Shown in pieces: positions 53,914 through 64,000 of a DNA stretch of 64,000 nucleotides. The notes under the pieces are model-generated. The model had not been told where the DNA came from, ran no database searches, and saw only the letters and a program-made list of their open reading frames with translations. The stretch's first letter is position 1; every line of letters starts with the position of its first letter. The position numbers were made by a program, and so were the translations under genes. This DNA comes from Malacoraja senta (taxonomy: Eukaryota). The stretch is taken from positions 1 through 64,000 of the forward strand of contig JAXLNO010000289.1 of assembly GCA_038087875.1 (NCBI GenBank), given 5' to 3'.

Positions 53914-54737
53914 GAGAAAAGGAATACATGACATTCGGGGCGCGACCCCTCTACAGACCAGAGAAGGAATAGGTGAAGTTTCGGGTAGAGACCCTTCTTC
54001 AGATTGATGCTTCCTGACCCGCTGAGTTACTGCAGCTTTTTGTATCTATCTTCAGTTTTAAACTAGCATCTGCAGTTCCTTCCTACACATTTTGACTGGA
54101 CGGCTGGAAAGCACGCTACAAAAAAGCTTTTTGGTACACGGGACAAGAAACTAGACTAAACTAGATGGGGAAGATGTTCCGAATGTTTTTCCCCATGGTA
54201 GTTGTGGAGGTGGAGAGACACATAGAGGAAGAAGGTTCTAAATAGCTGCTAAAGGAATAGTCAATTGCACAGGGATTAAAATTCATGAATGGGCTGGGGC
54301 CAGAGTTAGAGAGATTTTGTGTTATATATATATAACCTGGACGTAAATACAGATGGGTTGGTGAGTAAGATTGCTAATTACACAAATTAGGAGTTGCAGA
54401 CAGCGAGAAATGCTGTCAGAAGATAGCAGAACATAGACCAGCTGCAGACAGGGGCAGAGAAATGGCAGATGGAATTTAACCCGAGCAAGTGATGCACTTT
54501 GAGATGTTAAATGTAAGGGGAGAGTATACAGTTAATGGCATGACCATTAACAGCATTGATGTGCAGAGGGATCTTGGAGTCCAAGTTCATAGCTCACTGA
54601 AGGAGGCAGCACAAAGTAGACAAGGTGGTTAAGAAGGTGTCATAAATGATAGGAGCAGAATTAGGGCCATTCAGCCCATCAAGTCTATTCCGCCATTCAT
54701 TCATGGCTGATCTATCTCTCCCTCCTAATCCCATTAA

Positions 54738-57700
54738 ACATAGAAACATAGAAAATAGGTGCAGGAGGAGGCCATTCGGCCCTTCGAGCCAGCAAGGCCA
54801 AGGCAAGGCAAGTTTATTTGTATAGCACCTTTCAATCACAACGTAATTCAAAGTGCTTTACACAAAACATTTAAAGCATTTGAAAGAAAACACATATAAA
54901 ATGACATTTAGATATAAAATGATTATTAGATTAGTCAGATAAAATAATTACAAAATTAAAAGCAATCAAATAAAATATTTAAAATAGAATAAAAACCAGG
55001 AATAGAAGTTACAGTGCAGTATAGGTAATTAATAAATTGTATTGTTTACTGAAAGGCAGCGGCAAACAGAAAAGTCTTCAGTCTAGATTTAAAAGAGCTG
55101 AGAGTTGCAGCAGACCTGCAGTTTTCTGGGAGTTTGTTCCAGATATGTGGTGCATAAAAACTAAATGCTGCCTCTCCATGTTTAGTTCTGACTCTGGGGA
55201 CACAGAGCAGACCTGTCCCAGACGATCTGAGAGGTCTGGGTGGTTCGTAGCTAAGCAGAAGATCAGAAATGTATTTTGGCCCTAAAATATTCAGTGCTTT
55301 GTAAACCAACAGTAGTATTTTGAAATCAATTCTTTGACAGACAGGAAGCCAGTGTAAAGACCTCAGAACTGGAGTAATGTGATCTACCTTTTTGGTCTTA
55401 GTGAGGACTCGAGCAGCAGCGTTCTGAATTAACTGCAGCTGTCTGATCGACTTTTTAGGGAGACCTGTAAAGACACTGTTACAGTAGTCGAGCCTGCTGA
55501 ATATAAATGCATGGACAAGTTTTTCCAAATCCTGCTGAGACATGAGTCCTTTAATCCTTGATATATTCTTTAGGTGATAGTAGGCTGACTTTGTGACTGT
55601 TTTTATGTGGGTGTTGAAGTTCAGGTCTGAGTCCATGACTACTCCTACGTTTCTGGCTTGGTTTGTTGTTTTTAGCATTACCATTTGAAGCTGGGTGCTA
55701 ACTTTTAATCGTTCTTCCTTGGCTCCAAAAACAATTATTTCAGTTTTTTCTTTGTTTAATTGGAGAAAATTCTGGTTCATCCAATCGTTGATTTCCTCAA
55801 TGCATCTACTCAATGCTTGTATTGGACTATAGTCTCCTGGTGATATTGTTATGTAGATTTGTGTGTCGTCTGCGTAACTATGGTAACATATTTTGATGTT
55901 TTTCATGATCTGAGCCAGTGGAAGCATGTAGATGTTAAACAGAAGAGGCCCCAGAATGGAGCCCTGGGGAACTCCACATGTAATTTTTGCACGCTTAGAT
56001 GTGTAATTACCTATAGACACAAAGTAGTCCCTGTCCTTCAAGTAGGATTCAAACCATTTTAATGCTGTGCCTGAAAGTCCCACCCAGTTTTCCAGACGGT
56101 CTAGTAATATGTTGTGATCGACTGTGTCGAATGCAGCACTGAGATCTAGTAATACTAAGACTGAAATTTTGCCATTGTCTGTGTTTAAGTGAATGTCATT
56201 GAAGACCTTAACAAGAGCCGTCTCGGTGCTGTGATGTGGTCTAAATCCTGACTGGAAGATTAAAACAGCTGTTCATTAACATGAAATTGTTCAGCTGCTT
56301 AAAAACAGCTTTTTCAATGATTTTACTGAGAAATGGGAGGTTTGATATTGGTCTGTAATTGTTCAGTAGTGAAGTGTCTAAGCTTCTTTTTTAAGAGAGG
56401 CTTGATAACAGCATTTTCAGGGCCTGTGGGAAGACACCTGAGAGAAGGGACGTGTTTACAATCTGTAGAAGGTCTGAGGTCATGCAGTTTGATACACCTT
56501 TGAAAAGGCCTGTTGGTAGAATATCGAGGCAGCAGGAGGAGGATTTCAAATGTTGTATAATGTCCTCCAAGGTTTTATGGTTAATAACATAAAATTGTGT
56601 CATGGTATTTGAATTGATTATAAGTGGACACATGGACAACACATGTCCTGCACCTGATGTGGAGGCACTGACTGCTTGCCTAATTTTCTAAATTTTGTCG
56701 GTGAAGAAGGAGGCAAAACCGCCATTCATTGTGATCATGGCTAATCGTCCCCTATCAATAACCCATGCCTGCCTTCTCCCCATATCCCTTGACTCCACTA
56801 GCCCCTAGAGCTTTATCTAACTCTCTTAAATCGATCCAGTGATTTGGCCTCCACTGCCCTCTGTGGCAGGGAATTCCACAAATTCACAACTCCCTGGGAG
56901 AAAAAGTTTTTTCTCACCTCAGTCTTAAATGACCTCCCCTTTATTGTAAGACTGTGGCCCCTGGTTCTGGACTCACCCAACATTGGGAACATTTTTCCTG
57001 CATCTAGCTTGTCCTGTCCATTTATAATTTTATATGTTTCTATGACACCCCCTCATCCTTCTAAACTCCAGTGAATACAAGCCTAGTATTTTCCAATCTT
57101 TCTTCATATGACAGTCCCGCCATCCTAGGGATCAATCTCGTGAACCTAACCTGCACTGCCTCAATCACAAGGATGTCCTTCCTCAAATTAGGAGACCAAA
57201 ACTGTACATAATACTCCAGATGTGGTCTCACCAGAGCCCTCTACAACTGCAGAAGAACCTCTCTACTCCTTTACTGAAATCCTCTTGTTATGAAGGCCAA
57301 CATTCCATTAGCTTTCGTCACTGCCTGCTGTACCTGCACGCCAACTTTCAGTGACTGGTGTACAAGGACACCCAGGTCTCGCTGTACCTCCCACTTACCT
57401 AACCTAACCCCGTTGAGATAATAATCTGCCCCCTTGTTTTTGCAGCCAAATTCGATAACCTCATATTTATCTATATTATACTGCATCTGCCAGGCATCTG
57501 CCCACTCACTACCCTGTCCAGGTCACCCTGCAACCTCTTAACATCCTCTTCATAGTTCACACTGACACCCAGCTTTGTGTCATCTGCAAACTTCCTAGTG
57601 TTGCCCTTAATTCCCTCTTCCAAATCATTAATATATATGGTAAACAGTTGCGGCCCCAACACCGAACCTTGCGGCACTCCACTCGCCACTGCCTGCCATT

Positions 57701-59045
57701 CTGAAAAGGACCCGTTCACTCCTACTCTTTGCTTCCGATCTGCCAACCAATTTTCTTTCCATGTCAACACCCTACCCCCAATACCATGTGCTCTAATTTT
57801 AGTCACCAGTCTCCCATGCGGGACTTTATCAAAGGCTTTCTGAAAGTCTAGATACACTACATCCACTGGCACCCCTTCATCCATTTTACTTGTCACATCC
57901 TCAAAAAATTCCAGAAGATTAGTCAAACATGATTTCCCTTTCATAAATCCATGTTGACTTGGACTAATCCTTTTACTGCTATCCAAATGCCCCATTATTA
58001 CCTCTTTAATAATTGACTCCAGCATCTTTCCCACCACCGAAGACAGGCTAACTGGTCTGTAATTCCCCGTTTTCTCTCTCGCTCCTTTCTTGAAAAGTGG
58101 GATAACATTAGCTATCCTCCAATCCACAGGAACTGATCCTGAATCTATTGAACATTGGAAAATAATCACCAATGCATCCACTATTTCTAGAGACACGTCC
58201 CTGAGGACCCTGGGATGCAGACCATCAGGCCCAGGGGATTTATCATCCTTCAGTCCCATTAGTCTAAATACTATTTCTCGCCTAATGAACATTTCTTTCA
58301 GTTCCTCTACCCCCTTAGATCCTCTGTCCTACAGTGCATCTGGGAGATTGTTTGTGTCTTCCACAGTGAAGACAGATCCGAAGTATTCAACTCTTCTGCC
58401 ATTTCCTTGTTGCCCATAATAATTTCACCCGTCTGCCTTCAAGGGACCCACATTTGACTTTGGTACTCTTTTTCCTTAACATATCGAAAGAAGCTTTTAC
58501 TGTCCTTCTTTATATTCCTGGCCAGCTTCCCTTCGTACTTCATCTTTTCAGCCCGTATTGTCCGTTTTGTTTCCTTCTGTTGTCATATGAAAGTTTCCCA
58601 ATCCTCTGGCTTCCGGCTACTCTTTGCTGTGTTATACATCTTTTCTTTTGGTTTTATTCTATCCCTAACTTCTCTTGTCAGCCACGGTTGCCTCCAACTC
58701 CCCTTAGAATCTTTCTTCCTTTTTGGAATGAAATGATCCTGTGTCTTCCGGATTATGCCCAGAAATTCCTGCCATTGCTGTTCCACCGTCATTCCTGCTA
58801 GGATCCCTTTCCAGTCTACCTTGGCCAGCTCCCCTCTCATGCCTTCATAGTCCTCTTTGTTCAACTGCATCACTGCCACTTCCGATTTAACGTTCTCCTT
58901 CTCAAATTGCAGATTAAAACAAATCATATTATGATCACTACCTCCAAGCGGTTCCTTTACCTCGAGTTCAATTATCATATCTGGTTCATTGGACAACACT
59001 AAATCCAGAATTACCTTTTCTCTGGTCGGCTCCGTTACAAGCTGC
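54738..59045 (-). mobile_element. CR1 LINE (end of APE + RT), with its 3'UTR split by an L2
   Basis: ORFs 58583..59089 and 57471..58292; tail ACATAGAAACATAG near 54738; GAGCCAGCA|CCGCCATTC is split at 54794/56718. Confidence 0.9.
54795..56717 (-). mobile_element. L2 LINE, 5'-truncated
   Basis: ORF 55046..56083 ([50 protein letters not shown]); [13 protein letters not shown] upstream; (CCTTG)n tail. Confidence 0.92.
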
Positions 59046-59390
59046 TCATTCTCCTGCTTTCTCCCCATAACCCCTGACACCTCTACCAATCAACATTCCA
59101 TCTATCTCTGCCATAAAAATATCCATTGACTTGGCCTCCACAGCCTTCTGTGGCAAAGAATTCCACCGATTCACCACCCTCTGATTAAATAAATTCCTCC
59201 TCCTCTCCTTCCAAAAGGAACTTCCTTTAATTCTGAGGCTGTGACACTCTCCCACTAGTGGAAACATCCTCTCCACATCCACTTTGTCCATGACTTTCAC
59301 TATTCGGCACGTTTCAATGAGGTCCCCCCTCATTCTTCTAAACTCTAGCGAGTACAGGCCTGGTGCTATCAAACGTGCATCATATGTTAA
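59046..59390 (-). mobile_element. CR1 3' fragment
   Basis: GLYSLEFRRMRGDLIET..WNSLPQKAVEA. Confidence 0.8.
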
Positions 59391-59467
59391 CCAGTATGGG
59401 TTAAGCGTATGGTATGCTTGTCTTCTGTGCTATGGGGCATTGACTATAAGAGTCAGCAAGTCATGAT

Positions 59468-60160
59468 GCAGCGTCGTCAGTGTAATTAATAAACCTCTGT
59501 TGATTATAATAAATGTAGTTAATCCATTCCGTGTTTTTAGCAGGCGTAATCCAGAAAAGTATTGACTCCAGTCCTGCAGCAATCTCGTTCCTGGCTTTAA
59601 ATTCATTAGGGATTCCTCTCGGTTGTCCTATTGCATCCAGATGAACCCCGTCAGTTAACGAATCAAATGCTCTTTCCTACGGGTCTGTTTGCACATATCT
59701 GTTGGACTTATCACAAGGACAGGTTGTGCCAACATCACCCTGGCACACAATCCAGTCCAATGTAGCGGCAGTGTGTTTCTAGGCTTACCTCTGCACATCC
59801 AAAACCTATCAGCTACAGCCACATCTGCTGTCAAAATAGCCTTGCACTGTGGTAGTACAACAGCAACATCTACTTTGGGCATATCTTCAGCCACTTGGTA
59901 TGGGTCCTGTTGAATACACACCCACACCCTGTTACAACGGCCGGAAAAGTTCCTACCGGGTGTGTGCCATTCGCTGCAAGGTAGCATTTATACTGTGCTG
60001 TAGATGTAATCCCACCCTCTGGTGGCTCTGGGTAGGGTTTTCTAACCTCTGTGAAGTTCCATAGAGAACAGTGTTCTTTCGCAAGTGTCACTTGTGTCGA
60101 TCCTGCTGCATTTAAACACTCTATTGGGCAATTAGACATGTCTCCCCAGCGTGTCCCTTC
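59468..60160 (-). pseudogene. env: ERV env remnant (end of SU, furin site, start of TM)
   Basis: FWMC..LPLHWTGLCARVML; frameshifted RRKR-like site; GVHLDAIGQPRGIPNEFKARNEIAAGLESILFWITPAKNTEWINYIYYNQQRFINYTDDA. Confidence 0.85.
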
Positions 60161-63100
60161 GTCTGGGCACTGGCGTGGGTCTGCTGGTGAGCATTTTGTG
60201 TGGTGTTAGGTGAGTTGTTCGATTGGTTTGCATACGACAACTCATTAACGCCAAGGGCAATGCATCAATCCAATTTAATTTAGTAGTTGCACAAATTTTG
60301 ATTATTTTTGCTTTCAACGTCCCATTCACCCTTTCCACCATGCTTTGTGATTGAGGGTGGTAGACACAGCCAATCTTTGCTTCACCCTCAGGGCCTGCAG
60401 CACCAGCTTAATTGTCTTCTTAACAAAAGCTGGACCATTGTCGGAGCTAATTATTGCTGGTATGCCAAACCGTGGAATCACCTCATTTGTCAAAAAATTC
60501 ACCACCGTACCTGTCCCTAGGTCTTTGGAAGGTACGGCCTCCACCCATCTACTGAATCGATCAATGATTACCAACAGGTATCGCTTACCTCGTACTGTTT
60601 TCAACATGTCCACATAGTCGATTACCAGATGTGTGAATGGCCCCTCGGGCACCGGTGTGTGACCGATAGGTGTCGTTATGCCCTTTCTGACATTATTTTG
60701 TGCACATACCTCACACCGGGACAAAAAGTGATCTACTGAAGCCTGCAGATAAGGTGACCAAAACCCATCCTTTCTTACCTTTCGTATGACTCCCCCCCCT
60801 CGCACAATGGTCCAGTCCATGTGCTTCTGAAATAAGACTGGTCAATAAGGTGGTAGGTGCCACTAACAGGCCATTTTCGGTGGTCCATAAGCCGTCCTCG
60901 TTTGGCTTGGCTCCCCTCTGCCCCCACATCGTTTGTTCAGCTAATGTAGCCTGTCCCTGCATTTCAATGATATCCGTCTTTGTAGGCTCTGGTACCACTA
61001 ACATATGGGGTGCAATTATTTCCGATTGGCACCCAGATGCTGTCTTAGCTGCTTCATCCGCTGCTTGATTTCCCTTCGTAACTGTGTCACTGCCCTTTTT
61101 ATGTGCCTTACATTTAACAATAGGTAATGCCCTAGGCTTTACTAATGCCTTTATTAGGTCTGAAATGTGTTGGAAATGTTGTATGGGATCCCCATTGCTT
61201 TCCTTAAAGCCCCTCTGTTTCCATACTGCACCAAATAGATGACAGACTCCGTGTGCATAAGCCAAATCTGTGTAGATATCCCCTTTTTCACCTTCCATCA
61301 TTTCACACGCTGCTGTTAAAGCCTTAATTTCTGCCAACTGGGCTGAACATGGCTGCTGACAAGCCTCCAACCTAATGGTCTGAACCCTCTTTGTTCCTGT
61401 TGCACCACTGCAAATCCTGCATGATTTCCATCATGATCCCGATAGCATGATCCATCCACAAACAAGACTTTCTTATCCTCATCAATCAGTGGTTCAGATT
61501 GTAAATCCGCTCGTAATTTAGAAAACACCATCGTCTGACCCACGCAGTCATGGGGCTCCCCCTCATGACCAAGCGGGGCATGGTCAGCTATGTTACTTGT
61601 AGTACATCTTTGTATGGTGATATCTGAAAATGTCAGTAGCATCTGATACGCTGTTATCCTAGCTGGTGTAAGTACAAACCTTCCTTTTTCCAACAACTCT
61701 GCCACATTGTGGTGGGTATATATGATCACTCGATATCCCATAGTCACAGACGATGCTTTCTCATAAGCACAGTACACCACCGCCAGTCCCTGATAGCAAG
61801 GTGGATATCCCTGAGCCACCTCATCCAATTTTGTACTGTAATACGCAACCGGCTGCTTCGCCTTTCCTACACCTGTTTCCTGTGTCAATACTGCTGTAGC
61901 ATATCCCTCCTGTCTGTTGGATACATATAAATGAAAGGTTTTCTCATAATTAGGCAGGGCCAAGGCTGGAGCCGACTGCAATTCCTGCTTAATTGTGTTA
62001 AAAGCCATTTCTGCCTCGTCATTCCACTGCAAAACATTCTTCAGGCTTGTTTGTCCTGCTTCCTTCATTATCTTTCTCAATGGTGTCACAATCTCAGCAT
62101 ATTCTCCAATTCAGTCCGAACTGTATCCTGCCATCCCTAAGAATGTCATCATCTGTCTTACTGTCTGTGGCTTAGGAGCTTTGATTATTGCCTCTACCTG
62201 GTTCGGTGCTATAGTTTTAATTCCTTTGGAGACCAACCGTCCTAAGTACTCTACCTGCTGCACACAAAACTGCAACTTCTTCCTAGACATTTTATGACCT
62301 CCGCACGCCAGCCTCTCCAGAAGAGCCATAGTATCTTGCTCACATTGTTCCTCAGTTTCAGAGCAAATCAATAAATCATCCACATACTGTATCAGCGTAC
62401 TGTCTAAGGCTACGCCTTCCAAATCTGCCTTTAGTACCTGATTGAACACATGAGGCGAATGTTTGAATCCCTGCGGCATCCTAGTGTAAGTATATTGAAC
62501 ACCCCTATAGGTAAAAGCAAACAGATACTGACACTGGTCTGCTAATGGCACACTGAAGAACGCTGAACACAGATCAATCACTGAAAAGTAAGCTACTTCT
62601 GGTGGAACATCGGTCAGCAATGTGTGCGGATTCGGAACCACCGCTGGCCAATCTCTCACCACCTCGTTCACTGCTCGCAAATCATGTACTAGTCTCCACC
62701 TTGACTTGTCTGCCTTTAAAACGTAACAGTCGAGTGTTGCAGGGACTATGTGTTTTGATAAGCACTCCCACCTCCACCAGACCCTGTATAGTTGGCGCTA
62801 TGCCGTCCTCTGCCTCTGGCTTCAGAGGGTACTGTGGTCTCCGGGGTGGAACTGCTCCGTGTTTTAATCTTATCTCTACCGGACTTGCAGACTTCACCAG
62901 TCCCACATCTGTGTCATGTCGCGACCACACGCTAGCTGGCAACTCATTCAGCCTTTCCTCCTGTGTCTGACCTACTGTTTTAAGCACAAGAAGCTGTCGC
63001 TGGGGGTTAATTTCAACCTCTTTCATCATACCTATCATGTCTATAGTAACTGTTATCTTGATGTAATTACTGTCTTCAGACATCCATACTTTTGGAGCAA

Positions 63101-63285
63101 TCCTTCTCCAGTTTCTAACAGTGCCTGCTTGTCTCACCAGGGGTCCCAATTCCCTAAACTGATATCCCTTATTTACAAGCAATGTCACGTGAGGTGCAGC
63201 CCCCACCACCCTGTACCATTTTTCCAGGAAGGTGTCCCATTCAATCTGCAAGGCTGCCCCCTTTTTTCCAATTATTACTTGGCTT
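60160..63285 (-). pseudogene. pol: Epsilon-like ERV pol (2H-like domain remnant, RT, RNase H, integrase), frameshifted
   Basis: PHVTL; QYPL; IDLCSAFF; MPQGF; QYVDD; FVDGSC; AQLAEI; GNQAAD; HGLDH..CEVC; IDYVDM; SSDNGP; VERVNG. Confidence 0.9.
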
Positions 63286-63520
63286 TACGGAATGATAGCA
63301 GAAGTCATCCGTGAAGTCATGTACAACGTAAAGTTGAGGGAGGGAAGAGTTGTGCGTCATCATGTAGATCAAATGAGAGCATACTTGCCAAAAGGTGACG
63401 AGCACACCAACTTCCAGCGAAGAGAAGTGGTTCAACCAAGCGAGGAGCCAATGATAGTTCTGCCTACTCCAACTGAAGGTGTAGATTCTGAAAGAACTTC
63501 AGAGAGTGACGAACCTCTAG
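63279..63520 (+). mobile_element. Gypsy/Ty3-type integrase C-terminal fragment
   Basis: WLYGMI..VMYNVKL..GRVVRHHVDQMR followed by an acidic/Pro-rich tail. Confidence 0.6.
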
Positions 63521-64000
63521 CCCATAGTAATAAAAGCTGCTTGTTTCTATGGATCGGAGAGCAATTAGAGAACGGACAAATGGTGTCATCTCTGACTGTA
63601 CCCGCTGATGTTTTCAAAAAAGGCTTTCGTCTTCTTGAAGAATTCTCCGAGTCTGTATCATCTTATCTAACTTTAAGTCTTAGAACCATGACAAAATTGG
63701 CGCAGCGAGCAGGGTAGGATAGAGGTCCGTTCGGCAGAGGACGACCAGCCAAGGGCGCTTCCTCGCCCCACGGGGCTCCCCGGGACAACAGGAAAAGGGT
63801 GGCCACCCGTAAAAAGGTAAGCGATTTTCCGCTTTATTTGGACTAGTAACCTGTTGAAACGGGGACCACTGGGGGCACAGACGCGTCTGGGTGATCGAGA
63901 GGGCCTCTCCTACCCAACGAATCTGGCACTAAATTGTTCTAAAAAAGAGACCCGGAGGGTTGCAATGTTTGGTGAGTAATAATATCTGTGATAAGTACAG
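63520..64000 (+). mobile_element. 5' end of a third LTR retroelement/ERV (R-U5, PBS, leader)
   Basis: AATAAA at 63529; LTR-like end ..CATGACA at 63693; PBS TGGCGCAGCGAGCAGGGT at 63698-63715; splice donor AAG|GTAAGC at 63817. Confidence 0.7.

Overview
Repeat-dense eukaryotic (vertebrate) genomic DNA. It is most likely from a cartilaginous fish, probably a skate or ray; this is inferred from the CR1/HE1-type SINE/Penelope repeat landscape and the style of the KRAB-less zinc-finger gene, not proven. Most of the window is nested, mostly decayed mobile DNA: a BEL/Pao LTR retrotransposon, many CR1 LINEs, Rex1/Babar, L1, L2 and RTE-X-like LINEs, tRNA-derived SINEs, Penelope-like fragments carrying minimal hammerhead-ribozyme motifs, a TIR MITE, a non-autonomous Helitron and pieces of three endogenous retroviruses. 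Host-gene-like content is limited to two inverted paralogous C2H2 zinc-finger (pseudo)genes, one clean exon encoding a ZSWIM3-like/MULE-type DNA-binding domain, and a possible decayed exon in a 3-kb block duplicated inside the window. The most notable observations are: covarying minimal hammerhead motifs, including a tandem triplet inside a palindromic element; a twin-primed (5'-inverted) L1 inside an ERV LTR; an internally deleted, env-less ERV with an in-frame Gag-RNaseH fusion; a Helitron with its empty paralogous site nearby; an ORF-less, L2-tailed element inserted in a zinc-finger gene; and a 2H-phosphoesterase-like motif in an ERV pol. I found no prokaryotic genes or CRISPR arrays. Boundaries of decayed repeats are approximate and family assignments were made by eye without database searches.
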